DNA of 63,505 bases, the filler included, from Stramenopiles sp. TOSAG23-3 (taxonomy: Eukaryota), in NCBI GenBank assembly GCA_900128585.1. It is 5 parts of 5 records of this genome, joined end to end, with 100 filler letters (N's around TTAATTAATTAA, not from the genome) between each part and the next. Parts side by side here need not be neighbours in the genome. Positions count along the whole stretch, not along the records: positions 25,468 to 38,088 come from LT642676.1; positions 38,189 to 50,803 come from LT642677.1; 3 more parts are not named here. One strand, written 5' to 3'. Positions 33,332 to 43,020 of the stretch are shown here, piece by piece. How positions within the stretch are numbered: the first letter of the stretch is position 1; every line of letters begins with the position of its first letter. The translations under genes and the position numbers were made by a program. The notes below the pieces were generated by a model. It searched no databases. It was not told the origin of the DNA and saw only the letters and a program-made list of their open reading frames with translations.

Positions 33332-34129
33332 CTAACACAGGAGGTCATTGTTCAATGTTAACTCATGCCGTTGTCGACCATTTACTCCGTTTGATGCATT
33401 ATTCTCGCTTTCACCGCGCCGATTTCTTTTTCTTCTTTCGTGCACTCTTGGGACGCCCCCTTTTGGCTTCATTGTCATTTTCGCGATGTGATCCCGGACT
33501 TGCTTTTTTGTTCTGCTTCCACCTATCCATTTCGCAATGTATTCATAGTTATGCCTTCCATTTCTGCTGTGCTTTTTAAACACCGTCATCGCCTCTACAC
33601 ACTTGGCATGCTCTTCGGCGGTCCATTTCCCTTGGACAGTTGGTGTTTTCGGTATTTCAACCACTTCTCCATTTTTCTTTCGTGAGATAATCTTCGCCTT
33701 CAAAACCGATTTCTCGGGGTCTTTTCTAATTCTGCTTTCTAAATCATCGTTCGTGATGCCCCCTCGACTATTCGAGGACTGTGTACCGACTCCATCAGAT
33801 GAACCTAAGGCAAGTCTATCACTGCTACGGCTTTGTAGTATATAGTGTTGAAGTATATTGCCTAAAGGGTCCCGTGTAATTATCTTGTCCGTTTCCTCCA
33901 TAGCAGCTATGGCCCCAGCACTTAGCAGCAGGTTTTTGTGCAGACTTTCTTGGTATATAGAAGCGGCCTGGTAATCTCCAAGCGCAATCAGCTGCCTAAT
34001 TGTTTTTATGTACAGTGCATTTAATTTCGCCGTTGTACCCAGTTCCCCAAGGGCTTTCGTTCTTCCCCACTGCATGCCGTTGAGGGCGGTCTCGGCCACC
34101 CGGCGTTGACTTGAACTAGCCGATGCCAT
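33332..34129 (-). CDS. single Myb/SANT-domain protein
   Basis: GKWTAEEH...YEYIAKWIGGSRTKKQVRDH. Confidence 0.8.
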   Translation of the reverse strand: MASASSSQRRVAETALNGMQWGRTKALGELGTTAKLNALYIKTIRQLIALGDYQAASIYQESLHKNLLLSAGAIAAMEETDKIITRDPLGNILQHYILQSRSSDRLALGSSDGVGTQSSNSRGGITNDDLESRIRKDPEKSVLKAKIISRKKNGEVVEIPKTPTVQGKWTAEEHAKCVEAMTVFKKHSRNGRHNYEYIAKWIGGSRTKKQVRDHIAKMTMKPKGGVPRVHERRKRNRRGESENNASNGVNGRQRHELTLNNDLLC

Positions 34130-34788
34130 GTTGGGGTCAAGTACAAATCACACTCTCTCAAACTGTCTATGAAGTTTTTGCCCCGTTTAAACTATAAACC
34201 ACAACATTAACTTGTACCCTTTCTCATATCATTGAAATACAACCGGAGTAACATGAAGGAAGGTTTCAAATGTTTCATTTGTTTGTTAAAAACAAACCAA
34301 ACAACTAAAAATAAATGCACTAACATATTTTTCAAAAAAGAGTTATTATTTTGAAGTTGTGTATGTTAGTCATCATTGTCTTCTTCTTCTTCGTCCGTCG
34401 TCGTCCGTCCTCCCTTTTATTATTAATAATAATATAATATTTAATTTAAATTATTAATATGAACAGAGCAACAAGTAAAAAATTGAAGAAGAAGAAGGAG
34501 AGAGAAGAAAGAAAGAAAAAAGATAATTAATAATAAATTATTTTTTTTTTATATAAATATTTATTTTTTTTTAACAAACAAAATAGTCGTCCTCCTCGTA
34601 GGCTGATCATCAATCACGTAATGGTTTTGCATCTGTCTGTATCTTGATGATACAAAATATACTTGACATCAAATGGATTCCAGATTTACGCGTATTTTTC
34701 TTAAATGCGATTGGATAGATCCATTTGAATATTTGATTTTTAATCCACGCACTGATTTCGTAGCATAGAGATCTATTAAAAAAACATT

Positions 34789-35730
34789 ATGTCTTCTGCG
34801 GGGCTTTTCAAGTATTTCAACAGGGCAGGGGCAGGGGGGGTAAAACGAGTGGCAAGTGGCAACACGGGCACTCCAAACACTGCGCAAAAAAAACAAAAAA
34901 CGGGACAGCTGGCTACCATGGCATCGTCTCGTTTGTCAATGGACCAGCAGAAAAAGATCCAGGAAAACAAGAAAAAGGCAATGCTGAAGCTGCAACAAAA
35001 GCGCCAACTTTCCGCGAGCCCTTCGGCTGCTGGTCCTTCGTTTCAATTGACCTTGGACGGGCTAGAACCAGGTTGGCAGAAGCTATTGAAGCCGGAAGCG
35101 AACCGCGACTACTTTAAAAGCATGAAAAGCTTTTTAGGAAAGGAAACGGCGCACCACAGAGTTTATCCCCCCGCCAACGAAATATTTGCTGCCTTTAACA
35201 GCTGCCCGTTCGACAAAGTACGGGTCGTAATCATCGGGCAGGATCCGTACCACGGTTCTGGCCAAGCGCACGGGCTTTGCTTTTCTGTCAAGAAAGGCAT
35301 TAAGACCCCGCCAAGCCTGCGTAATATCTACAAAGAACTTCACAACGATGTGGGCACGCCATTGCGACCGTCACACGGGTGTTTATCCAAGTGGTGTGAT
35401 CAGGGGGTCTTTCTGTTGAATACGTCCTTGACAGTGAGGGCCAACAAAGCAAACTCGCACAGCAAATGTGGTTGGGCAAAGTTTACAGACAGGGTCGTGC
35501 GAGTCTTGAACAGGGAGAAAGAAGGACTTGTCTTTCTATTATGGGGCAAACACGCAGAAAAAAGTGCAGAATGCGTCAACCGAAAGAAGCATCATGTATT
35601 TACGTCCTCTCACCCATCGCCGCTCGGTGCTACAAAGACGAAATCGCCGTTTATTGGCAGCCGCTGCTTCAGCAAGGCCAACAAAATTTTAACTAAACAA
35701 GGTGGTCAGCCAATCAATTGGAACGTGTAA
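34789..35730 (+). CDS. UNG: uracil-DNA glycosylase, family 1
   Basis: GQDPYH, AHGLCFSV, PPSLRNIY, VFLLN, VFLLWG and HPSPL motifs; N-terminal IQENKKKA RPA-binding-like helix. Confidence 0.97.
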   Translation: MSSAGLFKYFNRAGAGGVKRVASGNTGTPNTAQKKQKTGQLATMASSRLSMDQQKKIQENKKKAMLKLQQKRQLSASPSAAGPSFQLTLDGLEPGWQKLLKPEANRDYFKSMKSFLGKETAHHRVYPPANEIFAAFNSCPFDKVRVVIIGQDPYHGSGQAHGLCFSVKKGIKTPPSLRNIYKELHNDVGTPLRPSHGCLSKWCDQGVFLLNTSLTVRANKANSHSKCGWAKFTDRVVRVLNREKEGLVFLLWGKHAEKSAECVNRKKHHVFTSSHPSPLGATKTKSPFIGSRCFSKANKILTKQGGQPINWNV

Positions 35731-35924
35731 TTTTGTTTCTTTTCTGTTTAAATACAAAAATGCGCACATTCTCCTCTCTCTCAGTAAATGCCAGTAATCG
35801 CACTTTTAGTTAAAAATGATTGAAACTAATTATCATTCTTACAACATTAAGACCCTTGTAAGTTACGGTTAATAAAGGTGTAATTTTAAGAGTTAAGAAG
35901 TTCTTAATATTTATGAGACTGCGT

Positions 35925-37505
35925 TCACACCGGGGCTACCTCGTACATAACAGTAGTCAGACTCTTCTTCCACGTGTGCAAAATCTTTACGGTATAATTA
36001 TTCAAGCGCCCCTCGTGTACTACAAAATCATTTACGATAGAAACAGGATGACCGCGGGGTGGCCGCTCCTTAAATGTTAGGACCAGCAATGACGCTGGCT
36101 TGGATGGATAACCAGACCGAAACCAGCGCTGGACATCGGACGCTGGAGAAACATCTTTGTTTCCAACAAACGACGTTTCAAAATCTCCATACATTAAAAT
36201 AGTTTTAAATCCCACACGGTCGTTTGATGCTAGCCAGTAATCAAGACGCTGGGCTTGCAGCCCAATGTATGTGTCGTCTAAGCCATTTGGAACTGTTCTG
36301 TTTACCATCTGAAAGTACTGAAGAACGTCGGCTTGCGGTATTACAATCTGGTGGGCACACTTATGAAGTTTTGGAAAATTCGCCATGATTGAATTTGTCG
36401 TTGCCAGGCTTGGCGCATCCAGCAGCAGTAGAATTTCATTTGGATTCTTTGCAAGCCGAGCAGATAGCGACAGTTCCCCGTCCGCCCCATTCTCACAAAC
36501 TGCGTTGTACTGAATAATTCTTCGCAACTCGGTGCAGATCGACTGGTTAACTTTGTCTTTCTCGTCTCTGCTGGCGGCGGAATCGTAAGGAAACTGTGAT
36601 GGAACATCAATGAAAGATTTGTTTTTCTGGGGCTTCTCGTTTCTCCCTGCGGTTGCTTGCAAGAGTGAGTTAATAGAATTGTAATTTCTTTTCTGCTCTG
36701 CTACCGCTGAGTCTTCCAAATCATTTTTGTCGCTTTGCTGCACGCTGTTGCGCAATGGTGGCGTCGTGAGAAAATTGCTGGGACGAACAGCGTTCAGTCT
36801 TTCGTGATACATTCCTAGCTTCCTGTTGGCTTTCATCAGTTTTTCAATTCTCTTGTTTGCTTTTTCCAACTCTTTTTCTATGTCCGTTACTGGGACCAAT
36901 TCTTTATGCATCGGAGATTTAGAAAGAGCGCTACCATAACTGCTGCTCTCCCTCTTGATGTCCTCTTCGCCCCCCAAACGCTTGGAAGGCGTTGGAAACT
37001 CTGGCAAATGCATCACCCAGGAGAAATGCTGAGAATTGCCATGCTTCGACCTCACCCAAAAAAATCTAGCGCATATGTACACTACATACCCTACAGGCCC
37101 AAGGTAACACGCGAGTGCAAGGCATGGCCATAAAACGACTAATGGCATAGAAATGGATATTGCATTTGCGCATATTATGTGCCCTACAAAAAGATCAAAC
37201 GCGAGATAATGCACCCAGCCCAGCAAGCACGTAAAATCGTCAGAAAAGATATTCTGTATGTGCTCAATATAAAAAAACCCGACACTACCTTCGTTACCAT
37301 TCTTTGGTCCAACTTCTGAGCGAATAAACACCGCTGCATACACCAACGACAAAATTAAAGGGAATACAAGAGTATGAACCATAAAATGTAGCAGGTGAAA
37401 CCGGACGTCCCGATGAACCAGCGAAAATAACGCCAAGGCGATCCAACATATAATAGCGAAAACGTTAAATACGAAAAGATACGGGTCCGCAGGGGAGGAC
37501 GACAT
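35925..37505 (-). CDS. ABA4/DUF4281-like membrane domain fused to coiled coil and unknown alpha/beta domain
   Basis: GWVHYLAFDLFVG and YLGPVG in four N-terminal TM helices. Confidence 0.7.
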   Translation of the reverse strand: MSSSPADPYLFVFNVFAIICWIALALFSLVHRDVRFHLLHFMVHTLVFPLILSLVYAAVFIRSEVGPKNGNEGSVGFFYIEHIQNIFSDDFTCLLGWVHYLAFDLFVGHIICANAISISMPLVVLWPCLALACYLGPVGYVVYICARFFWVRSKHGNSQHFSWVMHLPEFPTPSKRLGGEEDIKRESSSYGSALSKSPMHKELVPVTDIEKELEKANKRIEKLMKANRKLGMYHERLNAVRPSNFLTTPPLRNSVQQSDKNDLEDSAVAEQKRNYNSINSLLQATAGRNEKPQKNKSFIDVPSQFPYDSAASRDEKDKVNQSICTELRRIIQYNAVCENGADGELSLSARLAKNPNEILLLLDAPSLATTNSIMANFPKLHKCAHQIVIPQADVLQYFQMVNRTVPNGLDDTYIGLQAQRLDYWLASNDRVGFKTILMYGDFETSFVGNKDVSPASDVQRWFRSGYPSKPASLLVLTFKERPPRGHPVSIVNDFVVHEGRLNNYTVKILHTWKKSLTTVMYEVAPV

Positions 37506-38088
37506 TTTTAAGCTGAAGCCTTCGTAGATCAAGGAGGACGTCTTCACCACTCTGAACAAAAGTACTGCTGCCGTTGCTACTGTTTCATTCGTAGAAAAAT
37601 TGCCTTCTAAGAACTTTCTCTTTCCATTACGGAAACGATACAAAATTCATTCCAGTCCCATTTAAATTATACAAATGTATTTTAATATTCAATTTCGAAG
37701 ACTGCGGACGAAGCAAGACACGCACTCGTCTCCGAACGAAGGAGGAGGACGAGACGGAGAGGCACGAGAAATTTATTTACCCTAATATATAACACTATTT
37801 GTATAAAAATAAGAAGTTCTAAATTTTTAATTATAAGTTCTTCCAGTCTAAATAATTTTTGGGTTTTTTTTTTGTCTGGTGAAGCAGTCCGTCGTCCCCA
37901 AATTATTAATAAATAATTATTTACGAGATCATCTATAATATATATATAATAAGCAAAAGCCAATTGTATAGCTATGTAAATTATACCACTTGCATTTGAT
38001 TTTTTCTAGGTTATATTTAGTTACCAATTTATTAAATATTCAAATTTTGGATTTTAACTACTTCTTTGGATAGTCTAGAACAAGACTA

Positions 38089-38188
38089 NNNNNNNNNNNN
38101 NNNNNNNNNNNNNNNNNNNNNNNNNNNNNNNNTTAATTAATTAANNNNNNNNNNNNNNNNNNNNNNNNNNNNNNNNNNNNNNNNNNNN
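38089..38188. other. artificial contig linker
   Basis: N44-TTAATTAATTAA-N44. Confidence 0.97.
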
Positions 38189-38413
38189 AAATTGCCGAAA
38201 AGGGTGGAATTGAACTTGCCATTGAAGCGTTGAAACGGCACCCAGGGGTGGCAAGAGTTCAGGAATGGGGGTGTTTCCTGCTTGCAAATCTGGCACAAAA
38301 CGATGACAACCAAGTGAAAATTGCCGAAAAGGGTGGAATTGAACTTGCCATTGAAGGGGAACGAAGGAGTTCAGGAAGAGGGGTGTACCATGCTTGCAAA
38401 ATCCCTTAGATAA
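38189..38413 (+). CDS. 3' fragment of armadillo-repeat protein (129-bp near-identical repeat units; last unit has a frameshifting deletion)
   Basis: IAEKGGIELAIEALKRHPGVARVQEWGCFLLANLAQNDDNQVK-IAEKGGIELAIE. ATTGCCGAAAAGGGTGGAATTGAACTTGCCATTGAAG recurs at 38191 and 38320. Confidence 0.75.
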
Positions 38414-38608
38414 TGGTATATAAAATATATTATAATTTTACTTTAGTATGTATACTTTTTTATCAAAATGGGATTCAAAATAGTATCAAACAATTGGGAT
38501 TTGGATCGTTTTGTTGAGTACAATTCGCCTTTACAAAGAAATGAAATATTATCATCTGATAATAATTCTTCTCATTGGACTAGGAATAAAAACAATTCAT
38601 CTGTGATG

Positions 38609-38694
38609 ATGATTGACAACCATCAACGACGAGGGTTGGATTTGAAGTAGTATTTGATTTAAAATGAGAGTCTTAAAACATACTATATATTTTG
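38609..38694 (+). repeat. copy of the dispersed AT-rich element
   Basis: 35-bp exact match to 3363-3397; ATGATTGACAA.CATCAA matches 3531-3548. Confidence 0.8.
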
Positions 38695-38754
38695 TGTTTA
38701 ATTGATGATATCCGTTCTCAGGAGGGAGGTACTTTTATACATCCTTTTTTTCTT

Positions 38755-40872
38755 TCATGCCATCTCCCCAAACCGATCGATCCATGCTTCTAAGCTTCCT
38801 GCAACAATTAGTTCTTGCGCAACGCCGCTTAATGGTGGCATTTTAAGTGTTAACTCTGCGGGCATGGAACGTGGGTCGTCCTTCCCGCTTGACAGCACTA
38901 TTGTTTTTCTTTTAAAATCGAGTTTCAAAGGAAGTTTGGTTCGAACGGTCAGGATGTCCGTCCCAACGGTGTCCAGGAGATGAGCCACCAGCTGGGGGGA
39001 TTCGATGCACAGGACCCCGTTGTTGAATGCGTTCCGTTTGAACGTTTCGCTGAACGACCCGGCCACGATGACGTCAACGCCGCAGGACCTCAGCGCTGTT
39101 GCGGCCTGCTCGCGGGACGAACCACAGCCGAAATTGAACCCGCCCACCAGTATGTCCCCGGCGTTTACGGTCGTGGCAAATGTGGGGTCGTAGTTCTCCA
39201 TGACGAACTTTGCCATGTCCGCGTCCGTCAGGTTCTCCTTGTACGTGTGTGTCCCTGCAAAAATGCCGTCAGTGTTCAAATTGTCCTGGTGGCAAAAGAG
39301 CGCTTCCCCAACGATCGTTTCCGGAAACCCGCCGACCAGGCTTGCCTGGTCGCTCGCACCGCCCTCGCCCTCGCCCTCACCCGCCTCCTCGTCCTCCTCT
39401 CCCTGGACCGGCCCATGCACGGCGTACTGAAACTCCGGCACGCTGTCCTCTTCTGAAAACTCCCCCAAGTAATTCGGGCCGCAGATGATCCCAGCAACGG
39501 CAGAGGCAGCCACGACGGCGGGCGACCCCAAGTACGCTTCGGAGGTCCGCGACCCCATCCGGCCTTTAAAATTCCGGTTTGTCGCTGAAATTCCGACCTC
39601 CCCGTCCTTCAACAGCCCCTTCCCCAAGCCGACGCACGGGCCGCAGCCGCTCGGCAGCGGGATCGCCCCCGCGTCCATGAGCACTTGCCAATCCCCGCGC
39701 TCCCGGCTCGTCGCCTCGACCTCGCTGCTTGCGGCGGCAATGTATAGCTCGACCCCCTCCGCGACCCTTCTCGTGCTCGCCGGGTCCAGGCCCCGGATGA
39801 CGTCCGCCGCGGCCGCCAGGTCGTCGACTCGGCTGTTGACGCAGGACACGATGTACGCTTTCTGGATGGCCACGCGCTCGGCCTCGATCGCTTTCACGCT
39901 GGACATCGTCTTGACGTGGTTCGGGCCCGACACGTGCGGGCGGACGGTCGAAATGTCCAGCTCCAGGTCGACGGCGTACTCGGCGCCCTCGTCCGCGCTG
40001 AGCGCCCCGGCCTCCCACTGCCGCCGCAAGGCGTCCACCACGCCGCCATCGAGGCGAGAGAGCGCGTCCCTGTTTCCCCGCGCGTTCAGCCTCCCCGCAC
40101 GTTCCTCCAGCCACGCCATCGTGACCGCGTCCAGCGGGAACACGCCGGCGATCGCGCCCCACTCCGTGGTCATGTTGGCGACCGTCAAACGGTCGTCGAC
40201 CGTCAGGTCCTTCACCCCGGGCCCGGTGAACTCAATGGCGTGGTTCAATACCTCGTCGTGGTTGAACAGGCCGCACAAAGCGATGATGACGTCCTTGCTC
40301 GTCGCCCCCGTCGCGCGTTGGAGGCTTCCGGTGAGACGGATCCGCCCGATCGGCGGCACCTGCCACCACGTTTGCCCCGTTTTCCAGATGCACGCGGCGT
40401 CGGTGCGGACGACGGGGGTGCCAAGGCAGCCCAGGCCCCCGTACATGTTGGAGTGGCTGTCGCTGGCGACGACCATGCTTCCGGGGAGCACGTACCCCTC
40501 CTCCACCAGCACTTGGTGGCCAATTCCCCGCCCGGCCGGGTAGTGGTTGATCCCGTGCCCGTTTGCAAAGTCGGCGATGGACCGGTACTTTTTCAAATTC
40601 GTCTCGCTCTTGTCCTGAACGTTGTGGTCCAACGTGAACACAATTTGCTTCGGGTCCGCGACGGTCGGCGACGACGCGCCCGCACCCCCAGCGTCCAGCG
40701 TTGCAAACTTTTTCATCACCGCCGCAGTGTTGTCGTGCGTCATCACGTACTTTGGTTGAATCTGAACAAACTCCCCCGTCCTCACGTCACCCTTAACCAC
40801 GCAGGGCGCAACAATCTTTTCGACCAAGGACCGCCGCCCGTGCCGCCCGACTCCGGCGCGCACCGCCGCCAT
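38755..40872 (-). CDS. LYS4: homoaconitase (Lys4-type aconitase-family [4Fe-4S] hydro-lyase, fused large+small domains), mitochondrial
   Basis: MTHDN, GIGHQ, ASDSHSNMYGG, TPVVRTDAA.IW.TG.TWWQ, SCVNSR, CGPCVGLG, SATNRNFKGRMG and NFGCGSSRE motifs; Arg-rich N-terminus. Confidence 0.85.
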   Translation of the reverse strand: MAAVRAGVGRHGRRSLVEKIVAPCVVKGDVRTGEFVQIQPKYVMTHDNTAAVMKKFATLDAGGAGASSPTVADPKQIVFTLDHNVQDKSETNLKKYRSIADFANGHGINHYPAGRGIGHQVLVEEGYVLPGSMVVASDSHSNMYGGLGCLGTPVVRTDAACIWKTGQTWWQVPPIGRIRLTGSLQRATGATSKDVIIALCGLFNHDEVLNHAIEFTGPGVKDLTVDDRLTVANMTTEWGAIAGVFPLDAVTMAWLEERAGRLNARGNRDALSRLDGGVVDALRRQWEAGALSADEGAEYAVDLELDISTVRPHVSGPNHVKTMSSVKAIEAERVAIQKAYIVSCVNSRVDDLAAAADVIRGLDPASTRRVAEGVELYIAAASSEVEATSRERGDWQVLMDAGAIPLPSGCGPCVGLGKGLLKDGEVGISATNRNFKGRMGSRTSEAYLGSPAVVAASAVAGIICGPNYLGEFSEEDSVPEFQYAVHGPVQGEEDEEAGEGEGEGGASDQASLVGGFPETIVGEALFCHQDNLNTDGIFAGTHTYKENLTDADMAKFVMENYDPTFATTVNAGDILVGGFNFGCGSSREQAATALRSCGVDVIVAGSFSETFKRNAFNNGVLCIESPQLVAHLLDTVGTDILTVRTKLPLKLDFKRKTIVLSSGKDDPRSMPAELTLKMPPLSGVAQELIVAGSLEAWIDRFGEMA

Positions 40873-41574
40873 TGTTCAACTCTCGATGTGGACGGGGCAC
40901 AAGGGCGAGCGAGGACTAAGGGTCGGGCGGGGGCGTTGTTCTTCTTCGTGTTCTTGTAATAGAAGAGTGTGATTCTCGAGGTTTTCGTGTAATGTAATTT
41001 GTATCAAATGCATGTCATCTTTTCTTAAATTTAGATAAGCGTAAACAGATTATACACATATATATAGTATTTATATAATATTGGATGTGTCTTGTTGGCC
41101 TTCTTCTTCTTTTTTTTTCCATCTATCTCTTTCTTCTTCTTCTTCTTCTCATTATTATTTTTTGTGTTTTCTTGTTGTTGTTGTTGTTGATTTTTGTGGT
41201 TTAGTTTTTTGCGCTGACTTTTTTCTCTTTACCCTTCATTATGTAAGGTATTCAATATCTTTATCACCATCATGCAAATCGTTGAACGTTTATATCTATT
41301 AATATAATTCAATCTATAATACCATTGGTAAGACAATGTCCTTAATATGAAATTATCTTCGAAAAGCTTAGTTTATTTTATTTAGACACGACGCGCAAAA
41401 CAGTCAACGCTTGTGCAGCAATAATACTAGTCGTCTATTAGTAGCTGGGAGAAGAAAACAATATAGGAGATTAATTCTTCTTTCTTTCATAATTTGAACG
41501 AGGAGTGATCCCCACTGCGTATACCGTTATAAAGTACCACGCTGCGCGCACGCACCCCTCCACCGTTTTCTACC

Positions 41575-43020
41575 TCACAGCTTAACGTTGGAGTCCCCGC
41601 CCCGTGGGATCCACATGGTGTTTTCTCGGCTTGCACGGTTCTCTTCGACGTGGACAATCTTCAACAAATCGTCTTTCAACTTCACCTGCCACGTTCGAAA
41701 CCTCTTGTTCCCTTCGGCATCGAACTGGCGGATTAGGTCAAACGTGTCGGGGAACGGGGCGGCTTTGTAGGAGCCGTAAAAGATAATGCTGGCGTTGGCC
41801 GCATCGTTGCTGTCGATGACCTTTCCCCAGCCAACGATCTTCTCGCTGTCGATCCGGCAAAACCCGGTGTTGTCAAACGCGCCGTGGAACAGGTACGCTT
41901 CCTCCTTCGTGACCTTCCCTGCCTCGTCCTTCCACCAGTACGTGTTCCTTTGGCTGTAGTATTTTCCGTGGATGCCGATGTCGAGCCTGCAGTAGTGGTA
42001 GTCGAGAACTTTCCCGTCCTTCCCAAGGTGGGTGTACGTGCCTTCCCACGACCCAATGTGGTTCACGAACGCTTTCGGGACCCACGGGCACGGGCCCGGC
42101 AGCGTGGCCGGGTCGGTGACGGACCAGTCGACTTTTGGGGCCGCGAGCGCCGAGTGCGGGGGGAAACTGGCCACCCGGCCGCACTGGGAAAGGTCCTGGT
42201 CGACGCGGACCAGGAACAGGCAGCCGTCCGGGCTAATGTGGCGGGGGGATACGGACGCGTAGGGGACGTACCCGTAGTATCCTGCCCTGAAGTTGTGCTC
42301 GCCGTACTCGCACGACCCCTCCAAGCACAGCGCTTCCTCGTTGTAGTTCTGGATGAACGGGTGGTTCGAATCGAAGTGCGGCAGGACGCCAAGGAGCCAC
42401 GTGCCGCCCCCATTCGGGCCCTTCCGCAGCCACTTCTTTCTGGACACGGTGAACTCGGCCGTTTGGGTGCCCCCCCAGGGCTTTGCGTACGAGTCGATTA
42501 TCGGTATGTAGTCGGTGTGGAACGCGGCCCCGGTCGCCTCGCCGGGGGTGAACGTGCACTGCCCGCTCTGCATGAATTGGAGCTCCGTGTCCTCGTCTTT
42601 GAGGTCCCCGTGCGGGCCGTCCGGCTTGTCGGTCTGGAGTACGGCCATTTCGCCGATGACTTGGCCGGCGGGGATGTACGTGTACCCGTGCCTGCGCAAG
42701 ACGATGTTGCCTATTTTCAGCACACCACGCGTCACGAACACCTCGACGTCGCAGCTGAACGACCCGGGCGCGCGCTTGAAGGCGGGCTTCAAGAGCACCG
42801 ACGCCGTCAGGGCCCCGTCCCCTGGTTTTTCCCCTGACCACGACAATGGCTTTACTTGAAGGGATTCGCTACCCAAAGGGAACGACGATTCGACGACGCT
42901 AGTGTCGACGGGAACGTCCCGGATAAAAAACGCTTGGTACGTGGACGGCGTAAACGTGTCCGGACTCGTGTACGTCTTTCGCCCGTCCATGAAGGAGGTG
43001 GTGGTGGTGGTGGTGGCCAT
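41575..43020 (-). CDS. bicupin (DUF4437/ChrR-like) fused to C-terminal lipocalin-like beta-barrel (DUF3598-like)
   Basis: Two cupin patterns (EVFVTRG..KIG....HGYTYIPAG; EEALCLEG...G..F.AGYYGYVP). C-terminal HIGSWEGTY...YSQRNTY is a GxW barrel start. Confidence 0.65.
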   Translation of the reverse strand: MATTTTTTSFMDGRKTYTSPDTFTPSTYQAFFIRDVPVDTSVVESSFPLGSESLQVKPLSWSGEKPGDGALTASVLLKPAFKRAPGSFSCDVEVFVTRGVLKIGNIVLRRHGYTYIPAGQVIGEMAVLQTDKPDGPHGDLKDEDTELQFMQSGQCTFTPGEATGAAFHTDYIPIIDSYAKPWGGTQTAEFTVSRKKWLRKGPNGGGTWLLGVLPHFDSNHPFIQNYNEEALCLEGSCEYGEHNFRAGYYGYVPYASVSPRHISPDGCLFLVRVDQDLSQCGRVASFPPHSALAAPKVDWSVTDPATLPGPCPWVPKAFVNHIGSWEGTYTHLGKDGKVLDYHYCRLDIGIHGKYYSQRNTYWWKDEAGKVTKEEAYLFHGAFDNTGFCRIDSEKIVGWGKVIDSNDAANASIIFYGSYKAAPFPDTFDLIRQFDAEGNKRFRTWQVKLKDDLLKIVHVEENRASRENTMWIPRGGDSNVKL

